Assembly (NCBI GenBank): GCA_964016885.1
Contig: OZ024749.1
Location: 30,504,001-30,568,000 of the forward strand
Source of the DNA: Eledone cirrhosa
Taxonomy: Eukaryota
Direction of reading: 5' to 3'
Length of the DNA stretch: 64,000 nt
Both the position numbers and the translations under genes were made by a program. Of the stretch, positions 26,505 through 40,514 are shown in pieces (within the stretch, counting starts at the first letter, position 1; each line of letters starts with the position of its first letter). The notes below the pieces were generated by a model. That model made no database searches. It was not told where the DNA came from and worked only from the letters and a program-made list of their open reading frames with translations.

Positions 26505-28338
26505 AATGTTTATATATAAATGTTTATATATAAATATATATATATAAATATATATATATATAAATATATATATATATAAATATATGTCTCTGTTAATCCT
26601 CTGTGTTGTTGTATGTGTGTAAAGTATCCGAGCGCGGGATATCCCTGAGCTAATTTTGCTTGACTGTTAATTGTTTATTGATTGTTTGTTAATTAGGCAG
26701 GACTATATTATTATGTCTTTGTTAATCCTGTATTAATAATTTTATAATAATTGTTTGATAGTACATTATTAGATTACTGAAGCTACCTTATACCTTCTTA
26801 AAAATACATTTTATAATTATTGTCTTTTTGCTTATGTATTTTCTTACTTATCATTTTCTTTAATCTTACCCAACTTGATAAGCTCTTTGAATTGCTCCCT
26901 AATTAAATTACTTAAATTACTTAAATTATTTTATCTATTATACCTAAGTTGTATCTGTTGAAGCCGCCCTTTGAAAATTCCTCGGTTACCCCAAATCCCG
27001 TAATTTTTAACTTTTAATTTGTAATTTTCTTCAATCCGTTTTTATATATATCTTTAAAGGCTCTCTAAAATTTTAATTCTTCGAAGGGTCTCTCGGAAGA
27101 GGTTCTTATTAAAAATATTAAAGGGGCCTTTTCTGAGGGATTTTTTGAAGGCTCTTTGAATTAACCTTTAATTGATTAGTTTCTTTTAACTTAGTAGGGA
27201 TTATCAAAACTTCGTAAATTTTCTGAATTTTTTTAACGTGATCTCGGGGAGAAAACTTTTTTTCTTTCGAAAAAATTTTTTTTCTTTCGAAGGAATTTTT
27301 TTAGGAAACTTTATATTTTTTTAGGAAACTTTATATTTTTATTTTTTTATTTTTTTAGTCTCTTAATCTCTTCTGGTTTATTGGGGCTTATAAGCTTTAT
27401 GCACTTATTGAGTGATTTTTTAAGGTGCTTCTACGAGATCCCAAGTCTTTTACTTTTAATGCGTAAATTATAATTTATCTAATTTTTAACCTTCAATCCC
27501 TGACTCTTAGGCCCTTTTCAAATTCTCTTAACTCCCCATAACCCATCCCTTTTACAACTCCGACAACTAATATAAAAGAGCCCCCTTAGAATATAGACCC
27601 CAAATATACAAGCGGAGCTGCTGATGTATACCACAATTTCAAACTGCTAATCTTGAGTGAAACGTTGATGTAAATAATGAACTTACAATCACCTGTTATA
27701 TGTCTTGAAAAGTCCCACCATATGGTCGGACGAAATGGCTGTCGGCAATAAACTTGTTATAATGTCATAATAGTTCCTCTGTTCTTTTTCATTAATATAA
27801 ATATATATATATTTATATATATATTGATATATATAAATTTATATATATAAATATATATATATAAATTGATATATATAAATATTGATATATATATATATAT
27901 ATATATATATTAAGGGATCTACATAAAATGTATATACGAGGGTTGGCTGAAAGATTCATAAACTGACCAAGATACTCTCATGGAATGACCAAATGTGTTA
28001 TATTTTTCAACATAGTCTTTGGAAAGTAACAATACAGATAATAAGTTTTGTTGAAATTAATCCATGCATTATTTCACAGATCTAGCATCACTCCTTCATA
28101 GGCTGACCAAGATACTCTCATGGAAGGACCATATGAGTTTTATTTTTCACCATAGTCCTTGGAAAGAAACAATACAGATATTAATAAGTAGATTTGAATT
28201 TAATCCATGTAAGATTTCATATCCCTAGCATCACTCAGTGTACCTTTCGGTGTACCGTTTATGTGTGTATATGTGTTTATGGGGTGTAAATGTGCAGATG
28301 TGTTTATGTGTGTATATGTGTGTATGTGTATGTGAATG

Positions 28339-28526
28339 CAGACCTGTCAACCTCTAAAAACCGCAAACAGGGAGTACTATGAAAACAAAGTGCCCCCAAA
28401 ACGGGGTGAAAGGAAACAAAATGAGGAGATTTACGTAATGAAAGCAATACCCTATTTTCACAAGCGAAGACATCTTTCACTCGCCCTAAAGTGAGTGAGA
28501 GATCTCCCCTGTCGGACGGGGAGATT

Positions 28527-28581
<55 letters not shown>

Positions 28582-29150
28582 TGTGAGTGTGTGTGTGAGT
28601 GTGTGAGTGTGTGAGTGTGTGTGTGTGAATGTGTGTGAATGTGTGGAAGATCTACCCTGTCTGACGGGGAGAGTTGACAGATCTGGTGAATGTGTGTGTA
28701 TGTGTATGTGTGTGTGTATATGAATGTGTGTGTATATGAATGTGTGTGAATGTGTGTGAATGTATGTGTAAGTGAATGTGTGTGCGTGTCTGTGTGTGTG
28801 TGTGTGAGTGTGTCAGTGTGGGTGTGTGAATGTGTGGAAGATCTACCCTGTCTGACGGGGAGAGTTGACAGATCTGGTGAATGTGTGTGTATATGTATGT
28901 GTGTGTGTATATGAATGTGTGTGTATATGAATGTGTGTGAATGTGTGTGAATGTGTGTGAATGTGTGGAAGATCTACCCTTTATGACGGGGAGAGTTGAC
29001 AGATCTGGTGAATGTGTGTGTGTATATGAATGTGTGTGTATATGAATGTGTGTGAATGTGTGTGTAAGTGAATGTGTGTGTGTGTGTGAATGTGTGTGAA
29101 TATGTGGAAGATCTACCCTTTCGGACGGGGAGAGTTGACAGATCTGGTGA
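28339..29150. mobile_element. MITE-like element whose right TIR is tandemly amplified in a (TG)-rich minisatellite (related element at 1481-1671)
   Basis: cagacctgtcaac ... gttgacagatctg; right-end module at ~28648, 28838, 28968 and 29108. Confidence 0.65.
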
Positions 29151-29957
29151 ATCTGTGTGAATGTGTATGTGTGTGTGTATGAATGTGTGTGAACGTGTGT
29201 GAATGTGTGTGTAAGTGAATTTGTGTGTGTGTGTGTGCATATCTTTTACCGATATATATTTTCGATAAAACCAATACACTGGTCTTTTCGATAAAAAGAA
29301 ATATATATATATATATATAAACGTAATATACTCTGTATTTATTTCACTTTGATTTTCTTTTTATTTGGTTTTAGAACTAGAGTAAAACGAAGAGATGCTC
29401 TGTCGGAATTTCCAGCCTTCGTAACTATTGTTCATTAGTTTCGATATCAAAATAAGAAAATGTTAAGAAAATATTAAAAATAAATGTTCCAATGTTATCA
29501 ATAGTAAAAGTAATAAGAACAACTATAATGTTATCAACAAGAAAATGGATGTCTACATAGTCTTGGATTTGTATTTTTGTTTTATATTTCCATTTTTTTT
29601 ATTTGATTTTGGTTAGAGTATTATTTTTTTTTTGTACCAAACACGATTTTAGTATTATGTCAGAAATAATGTTCCATTTTAAGAACTCTATCTGAACATT
29701 CATGACCAGAGTTGTGTAAAAGAATAATGGAAGGCAACAGGTAGCATAAAAGCTCGACAACGTTTTACTAAGTTACTAATAGCTCGCTTTTAGAAAATAT
29801 TCGATAACGCGTTTAGTAACCTCCAGAGATTGCGTTGCAAACTGATTTTTATTACATTGATATGTCATGATCTTCCAATCGTTTTTCATCGCCTAGGGAT
29901 GGATAAGGTAGAGATATAATTACACACACACATACACAGCCACCCATACACCCCCAC

Positions 29958-30056
<99 letters not shown>

Positions 30057-30147
30057 AATATATATGTATATATATGTATATACATATATATATACATATA
30101 TATATGTATATATGTATATACATATATATACATATATATATATATAT

Positions 30148-30338
30148 AACGAAGGAAATGTGGTAAGGAACCAGGTGGACCATAACAGACCAAAGTACTC
30201 AATACTTAGGGTAGTAGAGTGGGTAATAGGAACGAGTAAGACCCCAACGGCTGAGCTCAAGCCGTTTCGACGGCTAATTCTGGACTAAAAGTTAGCCGTC
30301 GAAACGGCTTGAGCTCAGCCGTTGGGGTCTTACTCGTT

Positions 30339-30341
<3 letters not shown>
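30148..30341. mobile_element. Fold-back element F1 in (TA)n
   Basis: Same family and structure. Confidence 0.85.
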
Positions 30342-30398
<57 letters not shown>

Positions 30399-30416
30399 TA
30401 TATTTATATATATATG

Positions 30417-30480
<64 letters not shown>

Positions 30481-30522
30481 TATATATATAAGATCAAAAG
30501 ATGGTTAAAAGAGTTCCATGTA

Positions 30523-30589
30523 TTTTATTATGCGCATTTCAAAAACAAATATCTACATGCGATAACATTTGCGTTTTCGTCAGATAAAA
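30523..30589 (-). ncRNA. Hammerhead, same family as 14747
   Basis: Minus strand: ttttat CTGACGA aaacgcaaat...atttgttttt GAAA tgcgca TA ataaaa; the variable core position differs (C vs T). Confidence 0.83.
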
Positions 30590-31656
30590 TAGGGAGACAT
30601 GATATGAAGGTTAAAAAACACTTGTGAATAGTGCAGTTTTAAATCAACATATGAAAATTAGTTTTAGATTGATCTGTGATATTGGGAAAAAATTGAGGGG
30701 GGGGGTGGAAAGGATGAAAAAGAGGAGGAGATGAGAGTCAAAAGTGTGTGTGTGGGGGGGGGAGTGTAATGAGGAAGGATGAGATAGGAGGAGAGATGGG
30801 TGATAGGGAGAGAGAGAGATAGCTTTTATAACTGAGAAAAATATATTGTTTTACATAGAGAGGTTAAAAACCGTTGGAAGATAATATATAAATTAAAAGA
30901 ATTTGAAAATTAACGAAGAGAAAAATTTTAGAATAATGTTAAATTAAGGTTTGTATATTGAAGGGTTTAATAATATGTGCGATGAAAAGAAATTGTTAAT
31001 ATGTATTAAGAATAATATTTAAGGGTTTAATCATATGTGCGATGGAAAGGAATTGTTGATATTATTATAAAAAAATATAAAAATATAACAATAGTAATGT
31101 AATTAAGGATATATTGTGAAAAGAAGTAGAAGAGTAGATGAATAAGTGTAATATGTATAAGTTAGATGAGCATGAAAGGGAGAAAAAATAATGAATTGAG
31201 GATGTTTATGTTTACGAAGGATTTTTCAAGGTGATATTATAAAGTAAGGATATATTGTGCTGAGTAATAATGATAATTGAGAAGTATCTAGGAAGAAAAG
31301 GTACAGATTATAGGTTAGAAAAAAGGGGAGATAATATATATATATAATTGGTGTTGGATGCTTAATGTGTCCGTATGCGGTGGTCGTATGAGCACTCGAT
31401 GCTCTCATAGAGCAGAGTATGATATCACAGAAAATAAGAGAACCAGTGTTGCGACGAATGGAATTTATATGACATATTACAATCGTTTCTCTGGCGACCA
31501 GCTCGAGGCACGATCGATGTGATGATTGAACCTGACTCTGAAAATCTCAAGGACCTCAGATACGGCTGATCAGTCAGATCTGCATATTAGCAGATCCACG
31601 AATCGAATATTATTATTAATATTCGAAAAACTCAGATTCCATTTATTATATATATA

Positions 31657-31821
31657 CTAGAGTTGGCAGAAAGGTTTACAGGCTGACTATGTACGATTGA
31701 TGCATGCATTAATTTCAACTCTTCTTAATAATAATTTCATTTTTCTGAAAAATAAACCTCATTTGGTCATTCCATGAGAGTATCTTGATCAGCCTGTGAA
31801 CCATTTAGACGACCCTGGTAT
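31657..31821. mobile_element. Mariner-type MITE remnant (related to 27935-28160)
   Basis: Imperfect TIRs; shared gaccaagatactctcatggaatgacc; TACGAGGG start at 27935. Confidence 0.5.
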
Positions 31822-31845
31822 TCACACACACACACACACACACAT

Positions 31846-31896
<51 letters not shown>

Positions 31897-31901
<5 letters not shown>

Positions 31902-31998
31902 GGTGTCTCCAAATATGTATACACATATTGATTACCTGAACAGGCAATATTTATTAGAATGCTGTTTAAGTGTGTATACATTTTTTGGGACATACTAT
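31897..31998. mobile_element. Tc1/mariner-type MITE
   Basis: tacagggtgtctccaaatatgtatacaca / tgtgtatacattttttgggacatactata TIRs, flanked by TA. Confidence 0.55.
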
Positions 31999-32046
31999 AT
32001 ATATATACACACTCACACACACACACACACACACACACACCCACAT

Positions 32047-32113
<67 letters not shown>

Positions 32114-32973
32114 TAGATAGATAGATAGGTAAACAGATAAATAGATAGATAGATAGATAGATATAGATAGTATCTCTTATAAATGGATTTAATCAATTAC
32201 TCCCGCTCTTTTATAAATCTCTGGATATACATTAACGGATACAATCATTATTTAATCTCTAGAATGTCCTATGTTTTAGTGCATTCTAAATTCTGAGAAA
32301 TTTATGCTTATATCTACATGTTATTCATCGTTAATTTCTGAGCGTAGCTAATTCGATAGATAGAAATCTTGACATTTCGCATAGCTATTAAACAATCTTT
32401 CTCATGATATGAAGCTATAATGAACAGGTCGGCAGCAAAAATATACATTATTCAATATTATATCCTTCGATAAGGTACAAGATAAAGGAATTAATTAAGA
32501 ATTTTGAAAATTTCTCTAAGGAAATATGTAAACGGAAATTTATGTTAATGTAGGAACAAATGTGTTATCTCCTTATATAGATAATAATTGGGTATAGATA
32601 TAGAAACGGTAAACTGTTGGTCTATTTCACGCCGATATTTAGCTAAGAAACATTATATTTTTGGAAGGCGTGTCTGTGCCTTTAACAGCTTTAATTATCA
32701 TACGCATATTTCTATCTTTAGTAAGACTCAACTACACATTGCTATAAATGTAGAAACGACGATTTACCGGTATAGTACACCGCCATGTTTAGGGTTTAGA
32801 CAAAATATATTAGGTCTCCAGTCGGCAATGGCTGGGAGCTTAAAACGTTCAATTCCTACCCTGGTTTAATCCTAGGATTTTTCTCCTTCAACGACACATT
32901 TGCAAATGTTTTACCATAGCCTTAGCCATATGTTATAAGGGAAACACTTTGAAGATGATGATAATTATGATAA

Positions 32974-33021
<48 letters not shown>

Positions 33022-33025
33022 TTTC

Positions 33026-33078
<53 letters not shown>

Positions 33079-33265
33079 GATAAATCTACCAAAATATACG
33101 GTAGTGTCCAATCCGTATGAAGAACTCAATGTAATCCAAATATCAGGGAAAGAGATGTATTCAAACATTTTTTCGATGAAAATCACAGGAAAACAGAGTC
33201 AAGATAAATTAATAAAAACAACGAATAAAAACAAAGAAACAGTTCCTTATATTAAAAAATTCAGC

Positions 33266-33391
33266 ATTTTACGATCGTTTCTAGGATATATATGTGTGTT
33301 GGTATGTATATCATATAGATATATGTAAAAATTTTACAAACTATCAGAGGGAATATACATACCTACACATATATATGCTGTCTTCAGAAAT
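33266..33391 (-). ncRNA. Type I hammerhead with extended stem II
   Basis: Minus strand: attt CTGAAGA cagcatatatatgtgt...acacatatatatccta GAAA cgatcg TA aaat. Confidence 0.72.
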
Positions 33392-33481
33392 AATCATATA
33401 TATATCCTAGAAACGATCGTAAAATGATGAATTGTTTAATATAAGGAACTGTTTCTTTGTTTTTATTCATGTTTTTTATTA

Positions 33482-33550
<69 letters not shown>

Positions 33551-33563
33551 ATATATATGTCTG

Positions 33564-33600
<37 letters not shown>

Positions 33601-33672
33601 TACAGAGTCACGAACCGACGGCTGAGCTCATGCTGTTTCAACAGCTAGTTCCAGACAGACAGGTATATATAT

Positions 33673-33715
<43 letters not shown>

Positions 33716-34006
33716 GCAAGTTTGAAGAACTATTAAATAAAATATACACAGTCTTTCCTCTCCCTAGTCCGCAGTAATCAACCACATAAATAATCATTTG
33801 AACGAGGCTATAAGTTTAAAATGTAACTATGAAGAAATAATAGACAAATGATACAGACCATTTTCCGCGAGGAACAGTCAGATAAAATTTATCTAGTCTT
33901 TCCTTTTAGCCCGTAGGAATTAACTAGACAAATCAACTAAACGGAGCTAGGTCTAAAATATAAGTTAGAAGAAAAAATGCCTATAAACTTTACCAAAATT
34001 CCTCTA

Positions 34007-34092
34007 GTCCCGACTGTCGACAGTTTTGCTGGTTCTTTGTGGACATATCCAATCCTGGAATTATCCACGAGTCTACGAGCTCATCAAGAGAC
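34007..34092 (-). ncRNA. Degenerate hammerhead (partial inverted copy at 34307-34385 on +)
   Basis: Combining the two arms gives gtc(t/c)c TTGATGA gctcgt...acgagc GAAA ctgtcgacag TC gggac; each arm carries core damage. Confidence 0.65.
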
Positions 34093-34568
34093 TCCTCAAG
34101 TTTGGACTAAAGTTTCTAAAATGATCACCGCCAGAAATTAATAAAAAAATGGCTAACAATGGCTAGTGGTCAAGTTAGAAGGTTGTGAATGGTGGCCAGG
34201 CGGCGAGTACTCTGGCTGCTAGAAAGTGCAGCCAGATACTGCCTAAAGTGTTACTCTACCGTACGGGTGTATATATTAAATTCATAGGGATATATGTATA
34301 TATGTAGATGAGCTCGTAGCCTCAAGGATAATTCAAGCATCGGATATATCAACAAAGAACGAGCGAAACTGTCGACATTCGGAACTAGAGGAATTTCGGT
34401 AAAGTTTATATCCATATTTTCAAGTGTGCTGGCGTGTGTCTGAACTTTTGTACGTCTGTGTATATGTGCGTACTTGGGCAGAAGTGCGTATGTATCTTTA
34501 CACATGCTTGTATGTGCTTGAGTAGATATATGTATGTGTATATGTATGTATATATACACACATATGTG

Positions 34569-34600
<32 letters not shown>

Positions 34601-34674
34601 GGTATATGTGTGTGCAAGTACGCATAGAGATATTTGCGTATGGATATGTACGTATGGATATGCATCTGTGTATG

Positions 34675-34717
<43 letters not shown>

Positions 34718-34769
34718 ATGTGTATATATATATGTATGTATATGCGTATATATATATGTATGTATATGC

Positions 34770-34836
<67 letters not shown>

Positions 34837-36704
34837 TAATACCATAGAACAATAACTGTATCATAGACACCCTATATATTTCCGACGGTACTTAGTACAT
34901 GTGGGGATATTGATCTCATTTTATGTAAATTCTTCCATGTGTAGAGAAAAAAATCCGTTGTTTACCTAGCTGCTATTTTTAGTGGTGTGGCAAACAACAC
35001 GTCTATGCTACTCCTGCTTCTACTAACGACCAGTTCACGTGTAGGTCACGTTTACGACCCCATTTGATCCTGCACTAGCTGGGTGAAGGCAATATATTTG
35101 CCGGCTGTGGGACTCTATGTCCTATGTAAGGGAAAATGCTTTCTGAAGAGCCGAACTTTCCATTGGAAGTCCCACGGATTTCCAATCTTTTGTGAGGCGA
35201 AACCGTCGGTAAAAGCAATATGGATATGTAAATATTTAAATTATATTTTTTGAATTTATTTTAAAAGAACTTTGAATTTTACTTGTTCCGCTTATCTCAA
35301 TTATATATATATATATATATTTAGGTATATATATGTCTGTAATAAAATTGAAATTTTTAATCACATTATTATCAATATTGCTAAACTTAATTAAGATATA
35401 TATAGTTTAAAGTAAAAGAAACATTTCTTTTCAGTCCATTATCTCAACGTATATTCAAATCTTTGTTTAAGTGGTTGTTTATCTCTGATTCTTCTCTACG
35501 GTATGGTTTCCTATTGATTACCTCATTAGTATTAATTACGGTTTCCGTTTTAGAATAGAAACTCGTATTTAATTTGAGTAACTTCATCAACTTAGTACTA
35601 AAATCGTTCTAAGTTTTATTTATAGATGAGAGCTTTTCTATACAGATGCTTCTTATATCTAGACCAGCCGCCCTAAGTGGAATGGGAAGGATTCTATCTT
35701 GAAAATTATGAGTATATAGTATTTCCGCTGGTGAATATTAGAACTGTCAAGCGCGGTGGATTGGCAGTATCGGTAGAGGGTCGGATGTCATGCTTTGTAG
35801 CATAGAGTTACGGTCCTTTATTATCTGAGTTCAAATCCCGCCGAAGTTAACTTTGCTTTTCATCTTTACCGGGTCGATAAAATAATGTACCATCGCAAGG
35901 TTAAACCCCTACCAGCTATTGCTGGTACTCATTTTCAGCTGATTACACTGGAGTAAAGCGAAATGAAGTGTTTTGTTCAAGGGTTAATGCAATCGACTGA
36001 TCACTCCCAACTCTCAAGTTCGCTGCCTTTTTGCCTCAACTAGAAACCAATACTAGTGTAGTAAAAGTCTGTTTTAAGTTTTTTAAGGCTCGTTAAACCG
36101 ACTGAGATTACAAGACTTCCCTCTGGACAGTACGCCAATCCATCGCAGGATAAAATCCCAGCTACTCATTTTCAGCTGAATATACTGGACCAACGTGAAA
36201 TGAAATGTTTTGCTCAAGTATACAACACGAAACCCAGCCCAGGAATCGAACCCACGACATTATGATCGTAGATCCAACACAATTACCACAAAGCAACGCG
36301 CCTCTACTTGGACAATTATAGTAAATAATTGTTTCTACTTTTGGCACAAGGCCAGGAATTACGCCTTTGTATTACTGGTTCTTTATTTTATCGACCCCGT
36401 AAGGATGAAAAGAAATGTTAACCTCGGCAGTATTTAGTTGCCTTTCATCCTTACGGGATCGATAAAATAAAGCAACAATAATACACTGATATAAGAACTC
36501 AGATCGTAAAGGGACGTAACTATGCTGGAAAGCATGGCGTCCGACCCTCTACCGATACTGCCAATCCACCGCCCCTGGGAAGTAAATAATGCTTATATGA
36601 CGGCATTTCATCCGTCATTCTAAAATATTCTACCAGCTTACCACTTTCATAAGATTGATTAATCAATAGGTCACCCTGCTTACACAGATTCCCTTGACTC
36701 TTTC

Positions 36705-36980
36705 TTACAACCCAGTTCTAATGTTCATCATATTCGGCAGGTGGGCGGGATTGCAGTTTATGTCATCACAAATCTGCTTGATATACGTCTTGGCTTGATG
36801 ACCTCCGCTAACTCTTCTTTGTGTTAGCTCCGACAGAAGAACTTCACTAACAATTTCGTCTTTAGCTATCCAGTAATGCCTTACGAATATGATTCTTCCT
36901 TGTGTAGGCTCCGACAAAAGAACTTCACTAATCACTAAGAATTTCTTCATTAACCCTCCAACTATGCCCGGCAAATTTGA
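36705..36980 (-). pseudogene. Degenerate RTE-like LINE 3' end
   Basis: FVRHYWIAKDEIVSEVLL...GHQAKTYIKQICDD...LPNMM. Confidence 0.6.
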
Positions 36981-37919
36981 CTCTACGTTATTTAAAGATT
37001 TCTGATACTGGATCAGAGAATTTTAAAATCTCCCACTTGTTGCGAAATTAATTTCTGAGAGAAATATGTTTAAAGTGAGATGTAATTAGATAGGATAAAA
37101 AACAAATATCTTAAAGATAATTTGTTGATGTATAAAATATAATGTATTTTACAAGTTATTTGAAGCGCTCTGCCTACACTTATTTGTAATCTTTTAATGT
37201 TTTTATGGGGTTTGGTTTATATAAGAAACAAGTTTATTTGCTTCCCGTAAGGAAGGGTTGCAGGTCCTAGTCAATAGAAACCAATATTTGGTGTATACGT
37301 AGTCAATCTCTGGGACTTTTACAAAGCGCTGAGAAGATAAAGTTAATATAAAGAATGATGTGTTTCTGAACAGAGACGGTATAGAATGGCTTATGAAATA
37401 GGGTGAAGGACCTCTAAAGACAAAAAAGAAAATTGCCATCGGCCACTATTTAGTATCTAAAATAATTCCGACAATATGGCTATCCATCTACCTAATATTA
37501 CATCTGGCGTTCGTGCGGGAATGTAGGAGATCTGAAGTGAAGCCAAGTTTATATTTTTATATGTACTTGTTTCCTCGGTTCAGTGATCACAGTTGATTTA
37601 CTTTAACAAAGGTTATTTCAGACCAGTCTGTGGAATTAATCATTTCTTCAACAATTCGAGAATTGCCTTAAGATAATATGATAATAGCAACTTGAAAATG
37701 CTTGGCGGCAAGATCAATGGATTGTAGGTATAGGTCTGGGTGTTGGTGAGTTAAACTATGTTAAGTGTATAGTTAAGTGTATAGAAATATACACATACAT
37801 ATACATACATGATGATGGCTGCCCCCTCGTTATCGAGTATGGCCATTGCACGAGGAGAAAGAAAAAAAAGAAAAAAAATAATAATAATAATAAATAAATA
37901 AAAAGAAAAAAAAAAAGAA

Positions 37920-37954
<35 letters not shown>

Positions 37955-38338
37955 TACACACACACTCACACACACATAAACACACACACATACATTAATA
38001 ACAATAATAATAATATACATACATACATGCATACATACATACAAACAGACAGACATATATACATACATATATACATACATATTGACCCAGATAGACATAC
38101 ACACACATACACAAGCATAGATACACATGCGGGCGTACACATAAACACACACACAACTGCAGCTCTAAATGTCTCTTCCCCTCTCTTTCTCTCTCCCTCT
38201 CTCTCTCCCTCGTTCTATGCATATATCCCCTGGGTGTTTTGATTATTGTTGGGTTTGTATAGGTGGCATTCAGTGATTACTTCACGTACGTATATTCTAA
38301 CTGTAAATATGTTCAGGTTTAGGTGTTTGACGGGCCTA

Positions 38339-38475
<137 letters not shown>

Positions 38476-38534
38476 GTATACATATATATATATAGATATA
38501 TACATAGACACACACACACGTAGATATATATATG

Positions 38535-38576
<42 letters not shown>

Positions 38577-39469
38577 TAAATTAGCGAGAATCGTTTTCAG
38601 CTCAGGAATTAACGAAAATCAACGTCCGATATGTGTGGCAAGCGCTCGATGAATCATATGAATCAGAGCTACAACATGCGTTAAGGGCCGAACACACTGA
38701 GATGATGGTTAAACATATCATCCGCACAGCCAAAACAAAACGACCAAGTAATTCGGGTCAAACAATAAAAATATATGTGTTGATACTTATGTGTGTGTGT
38801 GTATATATATATACACACATTATACAAACAATGTATATAATATATTTCGGCTCTGTAATATACTTGTTATTTTACATTGAGCTATTCTCATACTTGTAAT
38901 TGGATAATATTTAATATTACCCATATTATATATGGTTTCGTTTCACATAAACACACACGTACACCTCTTTTTTTACAACAATACACACATAGAACATTAT
39001 AGTAATAAAAAAGGAAAAATATATTTCAGCAACAGGGTCCTAACGGTCTCAACCCGTGAAACACATTTGCTAAGTACAAGTATTAGATATTGATAGCCAG
39101 CTATCGGATTGGGGCATTATCAACATAGTATCTAAATATTAGTCCCAAATTATTCTTCATTCTCTAGAGAGTGAGACAAAACCTAATTGGCTATCGCCTC
39201 GTATTTAATTAGAAAAGCTAAAATATTTTCCAGTATCTGAGAAAATCAGGCCATTATTCGGGTAGTTTTGTAATAGGATAATGCTAAAAATAGTAGCATC
39301 CCGAACGATCAACTAAAGCTACTCAACCGATTAGATCATAGTATCGGGAGTGAATTATAATAGGGATTTAGATCGATAAAATACTGAATGCATAGAAGCC
39401 ATCGCAATTATTTCGACATTTCTTCCAGCAATAATGTGTAATATTATATATATATATATATACATTTAT

Positions 39470-39500
<31 letters not shown>

Positions 39501-39511
39501 CGTATATATAT

Positions 39512-39570
<59 letters not shown>

Positions 39571-40375
39571 TATATATATATCTGTGTGTTTGTGTTTGTT
39601 ATATATATGTGGTGCTGGCGCTGTGACAATTGTTTGGTGGTAATGCGGTTATACATGAGAAGGAGCTGGGGTTACTAGCACTAATACTCGTGCTGTTGTA
39701 GTTTTTGCTGTTATTGTTCTTGTTGCTGTTGTTGTTGGTAGTATTAGTGGTATCGGTGGTCGTGGTACTGTAACGATACTTGTAATAACTAGTAACTTGA
39801 TGATAATAAATACATCCCATGCCCTAAGGATAGACACTGGTCTATTGGAGACGCAGGACATGGCAGCGATAATGAGGGACAGAGACCGCTGGAAAGAACT
39901 CGTCCATGGATCTCGGGAATTTTACCCGCCTTAGAATAGAATGCTAAGGTGGAATGATCCATATATCGTGACTAACAGACATTGACATGGGTTTTTATAA
40001 AAACCTACATTTTGGTGCCAAAGAGAGAGGAAAGTGTGTAATTAGATCGATATCCCTGATATGATCAATGTCAGCAGGTTAATCAATGATGTCAACGATT
40101 TGTTTTGCTGCTATAAATTGCTTTTGGTTGGGTTGGTTGAATTTTCAATTTGTCGTGTAGTTTCCTAGTTTTCATGACAGGCTCTACTTATCTATATATA
40201 CACACACTTATACATATATATATACATATATATATACATATATATACATATATATACATATATATATATACATATATATATACATATATACAAATACATA
40301 TACACATATATATATATATATATATACATATATATACATATATACATACATATATATATATATACATATATATAT

Positions 40376-40439
<64 letters not shown>

Positions 40440-40483
40440 ACACATACATACACATACATACACATACATGCATGTATGTGTAT

Positions 40484-40514
<31 letters not shown>

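Noticed and set aside
28640-29150. CRISPR-like repeat-spacer appearance
   Set aside because: Spacers are microsatellite-derived and similar to each other; eukaryotic context; no cas genes.
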